In this document: piece by piece, positions 31,206 to 46,300 of the stretch | How positions within the stretch are numbered: position 1 is the first letter of the stretch | Layout of the letters: each line of letters opens with the position of its first letter | Source of the DNA: Eledone cirrhosa | Lineage: Eukaryota | Assembly: GCA_964016885.1 (NCBI GenBank) | Contig: OZ024743.1 | Span: 231,446,001-231,510,000, forward strand | Direction of reading: 5' to 3' | Length of the DNA stretch: 64,000 nt | The notes under the pieces: generated by a model | What the model saw: only the letters and a program-made list of their open reading frames with translations | Databases searched by the model: none | Told to the model about the DNA's origin: nothing | Made by a program: the position numbers and the translations under genes

Positions 31206-31369
31206 ACTAATAAAAGGAATTCCAACTTTGTCTGATTTACTCGTTTTATTTACAATCCTTTAAAATTATAATGATATTATAATGAAATAGTATGGTAGAA
31301 TATTAAATGTTAAATGTTAATTGAACATGAACAAGTACTTTCACGATTTCGTAATCTAACATAACTGAG

Positions 31370-32080
31370 AGAATTTTTGCTCAAGCAAAAATACCTATCT
31401 CTATTTATAGACAATTTCATACAGCGGGCTATGAAAATACCTATACAACAACTTAGGCCAACCCAAGGAAGAAGAAACCAAGAACTGGTCATACCACGTC
31501 TAATGAGACACAAGCCATGTCACCAGACTACCTTCAACACTGCCAAAGCAAATCAACCGATCATTGCTCAAAGTAATGAATTAAATGGTTTAATCACAGA
31601 CCAAGCTTTGATTCTTAGTAAAAGATACCCGAACAATTTGAAGCAATTACTAACAAACGCAAAGTTTGATCTTAACAACAAAGACCAATCATTCACTGTA
31701 TCTAAATGCAATGATAGTCGATGTGGCACATGTCAGTTCATACATACTAGTCAATATATTAACACAAAAACTGGAAAAATATTCCCAAATTCAAATATGA
31801 ACTGCAAAAGCAGAAATCTAATTTACTGCATTAAAAACCCGTATTGTGAAGAACTATATGTCGGTCAAACTGGAAATGCACTATCGGAACGTGCACGGGT
31901 GCACCGACAGCAAATCAGAGAACCAAATGTCCGTCAGACACGCTGAGTAACCATCTAGCAACATGTGGTCAGAAAATATTTATAATATTTCCATTCTACA
32001 AACTACACAGCCCAAGTTAAATCAAGAGAAAAATTAAAGAAAAGAATGTTATTGATAAATTCCAACCCAATCTAAATGAA
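31370..32080 (+). pseudogene. Neptune-type PLE linker plus GIY-YIG fragment
   Basis: SKCNDSRCGTC Cys linker; LIYCIK...LYVGQT...RVHRQQI. Confidence 0.85.
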
Positions 32081-32147
32081 CAATAATAATACTTAGGGGT
32101 ATTATTTCTACTATGACTACGCCTACGACATGTCGACCACCACCACT

Positions 32148-32184
<37 letters not shown>

Positions 32185-32718
32185 GCAGCAACAATAATAA
32201 TAATAATAAAAGTGATGTTGATGTTGATGATTACTGAAGATTTTTTTCATAAAAACCCTGGAAAATGCTATTTTCTTCATTTCTAAAAATAGCAAAACAA
32301 TTGATGCTTTGGATAGGGTCAAATAGAAGTCGTTAGACATGCTCAACCAACCGTGTCGCCTAAACCAATCATCTTTAGTAATCTAGTGAAACCACACACC
32401 GATTGGTCGAAATACAGTTTGCTAAACTTAGCATTCTTTAGCCCCTTTTTACTGTATATAAGGCACATACTTTAGCCATCTCATTACAGTTGAAAATTGC
32501 AAACTTGACTGTCACCACTGAATATGAACCTCAAGATTGCGTAAGCATGACAGTACTTGTTCAATTAACATTTAACTTTTAATATTCTACCAGACTATTT
32601 CATTATAATATCATTATAATTTTAAGGGATTGTAAATAAAACGAGTAAATCAAAGTTGGAATTCCTTTTATTAATATAATCTTCTATACACAATCATACA
32701 TACCCGTGTATATTTATA

Positions 32719-32749
<31 letters not shown>

Positions 32750-32750
<1 letters not shown>

Positions 32751-33572
32751 AGAAATAGGATTCCGCTTCAAGCATAGCTTTATACAATATGTATAAATAT
32801 TTTTTATCTCCAAAGAAACACAATTTTAGGAAGCCGAAGTTATTCAAACACTGGGGGGGGGGGTTACGCCCTCCGGTGAAGTCCAGCAGAAGCGAGGGGG
32901 ACAACCGTCTATGCTGTCAGGACGGTACCTCCCACCGCTTCCGACTGCTGGACTAGAAGACAGCTCAGAGTATATACTTTTCTCGTCTGTGTAAATGAGG
33001 TGATTAACCTCATTTGCATATGAAGCTGCATAAGTTGGTTCAACTTATAATAAAAAAGAAATAGGATTTCGCTTCAAGCATAGCTTTATACAATATGTAT
33101 AAATATTTCGTATCTCCAAAGAAATACAGTTTTAGGAAGATGTAGCTATGCAAACACCGGGGTGGGGGGGGGGGGGGGTAACGCCCTCCGGTAATGTCCG
33201 GCAGAAGCAAGGAGGACAACCGTCTATTTCTTTGGAGATACGAAATATTTATACATATTGTATGAAGCTATACTTGAAGCGAAATCCTATTTCTTTTTTA
33301 TTATAAGTTGAACCAACTTATGCAGCTTCAAATGCAAATGAGATTAATCACCTCATTTACACAGACGAGAAAAGTATATATTCTCAGCTGACCTCTAGTC
33401 CAGCAGTCGCAAGCGGTGGGAGGGACCGTCCTGACGAAGGTCAGTTAAGCCTGAAATGTATAGACGGCTGTCCCCCTTGCTACTGCTAGACATCACCAGA
33501 GGGCGTTAGCCCCCCGGTGTTTGCATAGCTACGTCTTAATAAAACTGTATTTCTTTGGAGATAGGACATATT
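32750..33572. mobile_element. Non-coding tandem plus inverted HHR element (family G, ~308-bp unit)
   Basis: agaaataggatt.cgcttcaagc at 32751 and 33057 (minus units); inverted copies 33225-33572. Confidence 0.75.
33426..33467 (+). ncRNA. Hammerhead ribozyme (family G)
   Basis: ccgtc CTGACGA agg tcagttaag cct GAAA tgta TA gacgg. Confidence 0.85.
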
Positions 33573-33603
<31 letters not shown>

Positions 33604-33671
33604 TATATATATATATATGTATATATATATACCTAGTTGAAAATTGAAAACTTGACTGTCACCACTGAACA

Positions 33672-33710
33672 TGAACCTGAAGATTGCGAAATCATGAAAG
33701 TACTTATTCT
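33672..33710 (+). ncRNA. Minimal hammerhead (family H; degenerate copy 32525-32563)
   Basis: gaac CTGAAGA ttgcgaaatcat GAAA gtac TT attc (gttc in the other copies). Confidence 0.68.
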
Positions 33711-33889
33711 ATTGACACTTAACTTTTAATATTCTACCATACTATTTCATTATAATATCATTATAATTTTAAACGATTGTAAATAAAACGAGTAAATCAG
33801 ACAAATTTTGGAATTCCTCTTATTGATATAAGATTCTATACAGAATCATACACACCCGTGTATATTTATTTATAAATATATATATATAT

Positions 33890-33987
<98 letters not shown>

Positions 33988-33990
33988 ATA

Positions 33991-36050
<2,060 letters not shown>

Positions 36051-36054
<4 letters not shown>

Positions 36055-36626
36055 GAATTGGTGCTCTGAAATACCTATATATATATGAATGTCTATATAC
36101 TGTATTTTGCAATACACTGTATGCTTAATTAAAACCATTTCGAAGACCTTATGCTATTGTTTTAGAGTAGTGACAGTCTCACTTACTTTAAATTTTCAGC
36201 AAACAGGGGGAGATAAAGCTGACAGAGCTATGTTTCGTACTGATTGGTACTTATCAAAGCCAAGTACCCCACCTGTTTGCTGAAAATAATGAATGTTTCA
36301 TTCTTATAGAATTTCTAGTAATAATCAGGAACTGATTATACAGAGCGGTTGCCGGTCAAGCAGAAATTGAAAATTAGAATTGGCGCTCTGAAATAAGAAA
36401 TTCTATAAGAATTAAACATTCAGGATTTTCAGCAAACAAGTGGGGTACTTGGCTTTGATAAGTACCAATCAGTACGAAACAAGGCTCTGTCAGCTTTATC
36501 TCCCCCTGTTTGCTGAAAATTTAAAGTAAGTGAGATTGTCACTACTCTAAAACAATAGCATAAGGTCTTCGAAATGGTTTTAATTAAGCATACAGTGTAT
36601 TGCAAAATACACTATATATACATTCA
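36051..36626. mobile_element. Non-coding inverted pair of family J units
   Basis: 36085-36315 inverted relative to 36396-36626; same family as 59636-60480. Confidence 0.8.
36451..36495 (+). ncRNA. Hammerhead ribozyme, U3-A8 core (family J; inverted copy 36217-36261)
   Basis: ggct TTGATAA gtac caatca gtac GAAA caaggctctg TC agct. Confidence 0.8.
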
Positions 36627-36652
36627 TATATATATATATATATATATATATG

Positions 36653-37249
36653 ATATATTTTCTTTAGGTTGTTTTGGAAGCCTCAACAATGCAGATGGGT
36701 AACTCTCCGGTTAACAAGATCCGGTGTTGGAGAGAGAGATGTACGTGAATGTAGATTGAGATGTATAGTGTGTAGAAGAACGTAGGAAAGAGCGTAAAAA
36801 ATTAAAATAACTCGATATAGAGTTACCTTGGGAGAGATTTAATTGTCCCTATATATTTCGGATTCACATCCATCAACTAGGGGTTTTTTTCTGGGGAGGG
36901 TGAACGTTGTCTGTCGGAAAGGTGCGAAACATCTCTTTCTCACCTTTCCGACAGACAACCTTACCCCCCCCCCCCCGGAACGCCGCTCCCCCAGTTGATG
37001 GATGTGAATCCGAAAGATATAGGGACAATTAAATCTCTCCCAAGGTAACTCTATCTCGTGTTATTATTTTTATTTTTTACGGTCTTTCCTACGTTCTTCT
37101 ACACACTATACATTCACTCACATCTCTCTCTCCACCACCGGATCTTGTTAACCGGAGAATTGCCCATCTGCATTGTTGAGGCTTCCAAAACGTCCTAAAG
37201 TAAATATATCTTATTATTCCACAATGCTTCAAGCAAACTTCAATACTCT

Positions 37250-37250
<1 letters not shown>
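36653..37250 (+). mobile_element. Non-coding fold-back PLE-type insertion (family N) with an HHR-like motif and short tail
   Basis: 36653-36925 inverted relative to 36940-37210; tail 37211-37250; HHR-like 36987-37025. Confidence 0.7.
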
Positions 37251-37302
<52 letters not shown>

Positions 37303-37980
37303 GTGAGGTTTTCTTTGCAAAATGAAAAATAACCGAGGGGTCCTTCACGTGTGAAAGTATAAAGAAACAAAGATGAAATCGAAAATACAACTGGAGTTTT
37401 ATTTTAAAAAAAAATATAAATATTTATTTGGTTCCTTTACCGGTTTCGCAGTTCTTCTGCTTTTCAAAATAGATTGAGATGGAGGGACTGTGGTTTTTCT
37501 CACATCTGGTTGGTTTCTGAATGTTATTGTTTTATATGGAAAAATGTGGCTCGAAATGCCAGGTATTTAGAGAAGTAATTTGATTGGTTGATCAATAATT
37601 GTAATAAATTTCGCGCTAGTTCGCGTTACAAAGTTCTTCAAACAGGGGGGGGGGGGCACAGGTTGTTTTTTTAATATATGAGTGTTTGAATTTCTTTTTA
37701 CTTAAAAAAAAGGGGCTCATGAAGGCTTTTTTTAAATAAACGTAATTTGATTGGTTATAAAAGAAATTATGGCTGTCACGTGAACTAGTTTTCATAAAAT
37801 TTTCGCGCCCTTATTTGGAAATCTATTCTGTATTCTTTTTAGAGAATTTTATGACAATCAAAAGATAATGGTCAAGAGAAATGGGATGGGAGAATTGTTC
37901 TGGTTTAGGGAATATGGTTAGTTCGCTGGGGTGTCAGAATTCATATTTTCTATTGAAATAAAGTAAAGATATGTATGTTT

Positions 37981-38056
<76 letters not shown>

Positions 38057-38679
38057 AATTTATTTTTACCTAAAAAAGAGGCTCACGAATGTTTTTTTTT
38101 AGTAAACGTAATTTGATTGGTTATAAATGAAATTATGGCTGTCACGTGAACAAGTTTTCATTAAATGTTTGCGCCATCATTTGGAAATCTATTCTGTAGC
38201 CTTTTTAGAGTATTTTATGACAAGCGAAAGATAATGGTCAAGAGAAATGGGATGGGAGAATTGTTCTGGTTCAGTGAATATGGTTAGTTCGCTGGGGTTT
38301 CAGAATTCAGATTTCTATTGAATTAAAGAAAGTAAAGATGTGTATGTTTATGTGTGTGCTTGTGTGTGTGTATGTGTGTGTGTGTTTATTGGAAGATGAT
38401 TCTATTAGTAGAAATGGGGGAGGGAGTTGTGTGTGTGTGTATGGGTGTTATGTGTGTGTGAGAGTATGTTAAGATGGAGAGAATATATATATTGTGTGTG
38501 TGTGTATATATGTGTGTACGAAAGTGATTCTATTAGTAGAAATGGGGGAGGGAGTTCTGTGTGTGTGGGGTGGGGTTGTTATGTGTGTGTATGGGTGTTA
38601 TGTGTGTGGGAGTATGGATAGCATGTTAAGATGAAGAGAATATATATATAGTGTGTGTGTGTGTAGGAAAATGATTCCT

Positions 38680-41560
38680 TTAGTATGAATATTTTTGAAT
38701 GAACATATTTTCCTTACTTATTCGTATTTGTTCTGTTGTATTATTAGCGCAAAGGTAAAATGGGAAGACTTGGAATTTTGGTGTCTTATTACTTGCGCAT
38801 ATTTCTAGATGTGCGCTTAGTGGTATCTGTCTCGTGGTTGGATCTCGTAATTGTTGGCGATGAACTGTCATTCTGTTTCTGAGTGTGAGTTTAGTTTGCC
38901 CTATATAATCTTCATTGTATCCTTTACATTTAATGGCATAAAGTAGATTTTTAGATGAGCAAGTGAAGTGATTTTTTACAGCAAAATCTTGTCCTGATTT
39001 AAATGTATACGTCTTGCCTTCAATGAGCTGAGTCCAGGTTCCACAATTAGAGCGACCACATTTTTTGACAGTGGGTTGTGGGATTGTGGTAGGTAATTTG
39101 GCATTGGTGAGTAATGTTTTCAATGATTTCGGTTGTCTTTTTCTTTTGATTATTTTGTGTGTTTCAAGGGCTTTTTTCATTCTTGGGTTTTGTTTTAGTA
39201 GTGGGATGTTCTTGTGAATAGTGTTGTAAGCTTCCGCATTTCTTGGGTTGTGTGTTGAGATATATGATAGAATATTGGACGTACCTTGAATTTGTTTCTG
39301 TTTTCGTAATTCCTCAATGCCTATCGCTTTAGCCCTTTCTATTCCATTATATATTAGTAATGGTGGGTACTCTCTTTCGAGTAGAATTTCCTTTAATTCT
39401 TAAAGTCTTTTATTTCGTGTTTCATAATTGGAGACAATTGTGCAAATTCTTCTTTCTAAGTTAAAAGGAATGTTCGTCTTCGTGTACTTTGGGTGGTTGG
39501 AGGTGAATAGCAGATATTGTTTGGAATCTGTTGGTTTGTAGTGTATGTCAGTTTCAAAATTTGTGTCTTTTTTAAGATTAAGATGTCCAGAAATGGGAGT
39601 TGATCTTGGCTGTATTCCATTGTGAATTGGATGTGGTTATTGATGCCGTTTATTAACTTTTTGAAATCCTTGTGTTGGTCGAGTGTGTGGGACCAAATAA
39701 TGAGACAATCATCCAAGTAGCGTTTCCAATTCTCTGATAAATATTTGTGGAAGTTCAATCCGTATTTTGATTTGGACTGTTCATATATCTGGACTTCTAA
39801 GTATGCCATGGCTAAGTTGGCATAAGTTGGAGCGGCTTTTGTACCCATCGCAGTCCCCGATATTTGCTTGTAAGTACTGCCATCGAAATCAAAAAAGTTG
39901 TTCTGTAAGATGAATTTTAATCCCTCGGTGATGAAGCTTTTTTCTATTCTGCCAGGTATTTCATTGGGATATTTCTCTAGCCAGAATCCTATTGCTTCTA
40001 GTCCGTATTGATTGGTGTGGGATCGTTGTGTAGAGATTCACTACATCGAAAGACACAATAATAGTGTCGTTGTTGACATGTTTGGGGGGGTGTTTCAAGA
40101 GGTCCAGATCGTCTCTTACAAGGCTTGGTATGTATTTGAGAATTGGTTTTAGTAGCATGTCTATAAAGTTGCTCAGTCTGTGTGTTTCACATTGTGGGCC
40201 CGCTACAATTGGTCTTAATTTAAGGTCTGTGGGGTACTGTGTGTTCACGCAGGCTGATGTGGATTGTTTACAGGCATCGTTAATTATTTTACACTTGTGG
40301 ATCTTCGGAAGTCCGTAAAGGTTGCTGGTTTTGTATTCAAAATGTGTTAAATAATCGCGTTCCTTTTTAGTTAGGTCTTCCTGGTATCGATAAATCAGTG
40401 TGTTTATCTGGTCATTGTTTTTGATTGCTGGTAGTTTTTTACTCTTTCATAGTAATTAGTATTTTGTAAGCGAGAGAACATAGAATTTTTATATTTTTCA
40501 GCCTCCATAATGACAACAGTACTTCCCTTGTCCGCTTCCTTAATTATAATGTCCGTATTGTTTTTTAGTTCATGGATAATCTCCTATTCCCTTCGACTCG
40601 TGTTGGGTTTGGGTTTAGGTTGCGGTAGTTGATGGTATGGGAAATTAGCTATGTTGTCACAACATTTGTCCAGAACTCTGTTTCTACCTTTTGTTGGGTT
40701 GTAGCTGCTTTTATTCCGTACAATTGATTCGTCGTTATTCACCTTGTCAAATAATTCCTCTGTAAGACGTAATTTTCTACAGAAGAGTGAGATATCGTCA
40801 TTTATCTCATTGGGGTTAGAGTATTGTGCTGTTGGTGTGAATTTCAGTCCTTTGGAGATAATTTTTACTTGTTGGGCTGAGAGGTTTGTATTTGAAAGGT
40901 TGATTATTTTCAGTTTTTCAAAATCGGTTTGTGCCACCGGGTGTCGTGGGTCCTGTAGCCTTGGTCTAAAAAATGATTTTTCTGGAATGTTTTTTCAATG
41001 GTATTATTATATCTAATGGTATTTCCCCTGTTGTTGTGTAGTCATGTATAGAAGTTTCGGACGTATTGAGGTTCGGTTTGTTGATAGTACGGGTTGTAGA
41101 TTTTGTTCCTTTGTATGGGTTGGGATCTACGGTTTTGGAACATGATCATTGGGGTAGAGTTTAGCCACTTTTCATATATGTCTGCCTTGCCATTATTTTT
41201 TAGGAGGTTCCAAAAGGCGAATTTGTGGGCTGCGAGCTTTTGAGTCCATATATTGATTAGGGTGTTTTGCACTGAGTGGACATCTCGTAGATTGGGTTCT
41301 AATGGTTGTTCCAGCTTTTGGAGCATTGCTGTTTCAATGGTTTGGATTAGTTTAGTTAATGCTGGAGTAATATTCGTCTCTTGGGTATTTTCTGTTTCTT
41401 CGTGGGGTCCTTTTTTATAGATGTGTATGTGGCCCACTTTGTTGGTCAAAATTGAGAGTTTAGAGGAAACTTCTTTGAGTTCATTTAAGATGTCCTGGTT
41501 CAGTGAGTTGTTGTTTTGTTGAGACTTTGGTGGCATTTTCGGTCTTCGTTTTGTTGGCAT
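38680..41560 (-). pseudogene. PLE RT plus GIY-YIG ORF, frameshifted
   Basis: KGLKFTP, ADKG, GLPKIHK, LRPIV, SFDVVNLYT, AMGTKAAPTYANL, WKRYLDD, KCGRSNCGT linker, LLY..YIGQT. Confidence 0.92.
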
Positions 41561-41700
41561 GAATTAGAAAGTGAGGTTTTTTTACAAAATAAAAAATAAC
41601 CGAGGTGTCCTACACGAGTGAAAGTATAAAGAAACAAAGATGAAATCGAAAATGCAACTGGAGTCTTATTTTTAAAAAAAGATATATATTTATTTGGTTC

Positions 41701-41736
41701 CTTTACCGGTTTCGCAGTTCTTCTGCTTTTCAAAAG
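41701..41736 (-). ncRNA. Minimal hammerhead, U3-A8 core (family F; second copy 37435-37470)
   Basis: ctt TTGAAAA gcag aagaa ctgc GAAA ccgg TA aag. Confidence 0.78.
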
Positions 41737-42102
41737 TAGTGCCAAGATGGAGGTTCTGTGGTTTTTCTCACATCTTGTTGGTGTCTGAATGTTATTTGTT
41801 TTATATGGAAAAAAGTGGCTCGAAATGCCAGGTTTTTATAGAAGTAATTTGATTGGTTGGTCAATAATTATAATAAATTTCGCGCCAGTTCGCGTTACAA
41901 AGCTTTTCAAACAAGGGCGGGGGCACAGGTTGTTTTTTTCGTATATGAGTGTTTGAATTTCTTTTTACTTAAAAAAAAGAGGGGCTCACGAAGGCTTTTT
42001 TTAAATAAACGTAATTTGATTGGTTATAAATGAAATTATGGCTGTCACGTGAACAAGTTTTCATTAAATTTTCGCGCCCTTATTTGGAAATCTATTCGGT
42101 AG

Positions 42103-42150
<48 letters not shown>

Positions 42151-42152
<2 letters not shown>

Positions 42153-43330
42153 TAAAACATGTCTATAGAATCACAAGATAAAATATATACTATTTCCTCT
42201 CCCAATTAGCATAATTAACTATATAAAACATCGAATAGACCAGGCTATAAGAATAAGGCTTCTATGAAGGAATCTCCGACAAATAACCGAAACTAGCTCT
42301 TCGCGTCGGCCGTAACGGAATATTTATCGAATATTTCGACAGCATAATCGCCTAGATATAGTCAAGTAAACAGAATTAGGTTTAAAACAAACTAGGAGAA
42401 AATAGAATACATTTAAATACCTCTACCATGGTTTCGTCCGTGTTTTGAGTTTTCCAATAATTATGTAATAATTATGTAAACTCGAGCGCCGGATTCTTCA
42501 GGAAGCTCGTTCATATCTAGACACTAAATTTTCCAAAGCGATCGCGCCAAGAATTCATTTCAAAATGGCTAAAAATCGTGACGTAGTCGCGGTGAAGTTT
42601 GGAGGGGTGTGGTAGTTGCTTACGGCTGGTGGCATTTTTGCTAGAAAGCACAGCACAATACAGCCAAATTTGTATCTCAACCTAGTGGGAGATTATTACA
42701 TATAAAAGTTTACATATATATATACATACATATACATATACGTGTTTTGCAACCGGTCACTTTGTGGCTCAATGAAAAATTAATAAATTAAACAATCAGA
42801 GCTATATATCATAAAACATGTCTATAGATGAATGAATTCTTGGCGCGATCGCTTTGGAAAATTTAGTGTCTAGATATGAGCGAGCTTCCTGAAGAATCCG
42901 GCACTCGAGTTTACATAATTATTACATAATTATTGGAAAACTCAAAACACGGACGAAACCATGGTAGAGGTATTTAAATGTATTCTATTTTCTCCTAGTT
43001 TGTTTTAAACCTAATTCTGTTTAGTTGACTATATCTAGGCGATTATGCTGTCGAAATATTCGATAAATATTCTGTTACGGCCGACGCGAAGCGCTAGTTT
43101 CGGTTATTTGTCGGAGATTCCTTCATAGAAGCCTTATTCTTATAGCCTGGTCTATTCGATTTTTTATATAGTTAATTATGCTAATTGGGAGAGGAAATAG
43201 TATATATTTTATCTTGTGATTCTATAGACATGTTTTATGATATATAGCTCTGATTGTTTAATTTATTAATTTTTCATTGAACCACAAAGTGACCGGTTGC
43301 AAAACACGTATATGTATATGTATGTATTTA
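42151..43330. mobile_element. Non-coding inverted/partially tandem HHR element (family K, ~660-bp unit)
   Basis: cataaaacatgtctataga at 42151 and 42810; 42151-42557 inverted relative to 42833-43239. Confidence 0.8.
42885..42970 (+). ncRNA. Hammerhead ribozyme with extended stem II (family K; inverted copy ~42420-42505)
   Basis: cttc CTGAAGA a tccg [insert] cgga c GAAA ccatgg TA gagg. Confidence 0.82.
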
Positions 43331-43340
43331 TATATGTAAA

Positions 43341-43390
<50 letters not shown>

Positions 43391-43391
<1 letters not shown>

Positions 43392-46300
43392 GTCAGGTTG
43401 CTCTCGAGTGCTACTAGTAACATGTAACCCAGTACTACCTGTCACGTGGTCGGGTCGTCGGCGACTAAACCGGCAACCCCACCAAGCTTGCTTGGTGAGG
43501 AGGGTGATATTTGGACACCATGCGGGATGAAATACGAAACCTGGCAAAGAACGGAGGAACCCAGCACAGTCAACGGCCATCCAAATAGTACTTTTTTTTT
43601 TTTCTACCTTTCTAGGAGAGGGAATCTCCTAAAAAAAAACCTGCGGCCTTGGAACCATCCGATGATGTTAACCAGTTCTCCTTTTCGGGTAGTGCTTTCG
43701 ATGCTCAGAGAGTGGGATTGGTCGCGTGCAAGGCCTTTCCCCACTTAAAAAACGTTCAAAGCACTGGCATCGCTTGTTTATGATCTGTTACAGGTTTGTG
43801 TGGCTGGCCGTAACCAAAAAGTGCACCAAACTCTATGATGACAGATGATAACCTTGAAGTCAATGGCAGTAAGGGCTCTGGAACTTATTGTGAAGGGTTC
43901 TGGCCTGGCAGGTGTCCCATGGCACCGCAGCGTGGGCCCGGTCGTCATCCTACAACTGCAAGGAGGTTCAAACCTCTGAATATTGGATGTTGGAATGTAA
44001 GAACTTTACTGGATTCCCAGTCCAGTAAAACTCGCCCTGAAAGAAGATCTGCTTTGGTGTCGAGGGAACTCGATCGCTATAGCATGGACATCGTTGCTCT
44101 CTCAGAAACGAGATTGGCAGGTGAGGGTCAATTCACAGAACAGAAGGGAGGATATATCTTCTACTGGAGTGGTGGAACAGAGGGTTGTAGGGGAGAGGCA
44201 GGGGTCGCCTTTGCAATCAGGAATAGAATCGTCTCAAAGCTGGAAAATCTTCCTTGTGGATTCAATGATCGGATAATGTCCATGAGAGTCCCTCTGATTC
44301 AAAACCGCTTTGTGACTCTAATCAGTGTGTACGCTCCTACTATGTGTGCTAGTGATGATGAAAAACTAAGTTTCTACCTGTCTTTGAGAGAGGTCATCCA
44401 TGCATCTTATGCAGACAAGATTGTCATCCTTGGTCATTTTAATGCACGTGTTGGTTAAGACTGGTAAGCTTGGAGTGTGATGGGCAGGCATGGAGTAGAT
44501 AAGTGCAATAACAATGGCCTACTTCTGTTGAAGATGTGCACTGAGATAGATCTTGTTAGGAACACACTCTTTCAGTAGAAAGACAAATATATGTCAACTT
44601 TGATGCATCCAGGTTCCAAGATTGACTTCGTTTTAACGAGAAAACGTGATATCAGGGATATCACATTGGTTCGTCTATTGCGAGGGTCGGAATGTTGGAC
44701 TTATCATCGTCTGGTGCGCGCCAAGTTTCAATTTGTTGTGAAGCCCAAAGTAAGAGGGAAGACGGTTGCACTTCTAAAACAACTAAACGTGGCTCGTCTG
44801 AAAACAGAGAAAGTGAAAGCTGAGCTGTCGAGGTCTCTTGAGTCCATGGAATGTGAAAACCGTCTATGATGTTAGTGCTGGAGTTTTTGGTCATACCAAT
44901 AGAAAGCATAAAGACTGGTTGGATGAAAATGATCCACTGATCCAGACCTTGCTTGAAGAGAAACAAAAATTACTGACATCATTTTTGTGCGAGACACGTT
45001 CTTGCAGGAATGACCGGATCTTCAGGCAGATTAAGGCACGTGTGCAACATCGATTGAGAGCCATGCAGGATACCTGGTGGAGCCAAAAGACTGATGAAAT
45101 CCAGAAAGCCTCAGATTGACATGATAAAAAGCACCTATACAATCTGCTCAGAGAGGTGTATGGTCCGACCGGTTCACAAATATCACCACTTCGCTCCGGG
45201 GACTGCAAGGGATTGCCCAGAGATCCGAAGGAAATTCTGATCATGTGTCATGACCACTTTGATGAGCTTCTCAACAAACCATCAGAAATTGGTGATAAGT
45301 TCATCCGGTCGATTCCATCCAGACCTACAAAGCTGGCAACGGCTGATCCTCCTTCATTTGATGAGGTGGCGAAGGCCATTGCCAAATTAAATAGCGGTAA
45401 GTCACCTGGAATGGATGGACTGAGTGACGAGATTTTCAAGTGTGCTGTTGATAACTTCCGCCTCACTGATCTCTTTGTGAATGTTTGGACTGAAGGAGAT
45501 GTACCACAGGATTGGAAAGATGCACTGATGGTGGTACTTTACAAAGGAAAGGGAGCCAACGATGACTGTGGCAACTACAGAGGTATTTCACTGCTATCTG
45601 TGGCTGGGATGATCTTGTGCAGGATATTGTTGGACAGATTGATAGAGCACATTGATGTTGAGGTACATTCTGAGTCCCAATGTGGCTTTAGGAATGGCAG
45701 ATCACTGTTGACATGATCTTCTCGGCCAAATAACTTCAAGAGAAATGCATTGAACAGTGCATGGACTTATACCAAGTTTTTGTCGATCTGACTAAGGCAT
45801 TTGACACCGTTAATAGGAAGGCTTTGTGCGTTATTTTAGAGAGATTGGGCTATCCTGAAAACTTTGTGAACATTCTGAAACTCTTCCACGATGACATGCA
45901 GGCATGGGTGATTGTTGGAGGTAAACTGTCTGAGCCAATCTCAGTTGAAAATGGTGTCAAGCAGGGTGATATACCTGCACCGACTTTGTTTGCCTTGTAT
46001 TTCGCGATGGTGTTCTTCATGGCCTTCAAGGATTGTCAACATGGTATCTATCTCAGATATCGTACTTCCGGCAAGATGTTTAACCTTAGGCGTCTCACTG
46101 CCAACACTAAGGTACTGAGTACCTTGATCAGAGAATTTTTATATGCAGATGATTGTGAACTCTTTGCACACTCCCAGAGTGACATGCAACACCTTATGGA
46201 TTATTTTTCCAATGCGTGCAGTACTCTGGGACTGACAATCAGTCTGAAGAAGACTGTCGTCATGTAACAACCTGCTCAGGATAAAGTTTTCAATGAACCA

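Larger units (their letters stand above)
31207..33865 (+). mobile_element. 5'-truncated Neptune-type PLE (family H): inverted arm, EN fragment, two direct pLTR copies
   Basis: 31207-31357 inverted relative to 32534-32673; pLTR copies 32488-32715 and 33635-33868. Confidence 0.78.
37296..42105 (-). mobile_element. Near full-length Neptune-type Penelope-like element (family F)
   Basis: Direct pLTRs ~41563-42105 (5') and ~37296-37830 (3'), partial tandem duplication 38050-38350; RT-EN ORF between; (TA)n flanks. Confidence 0.92.
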
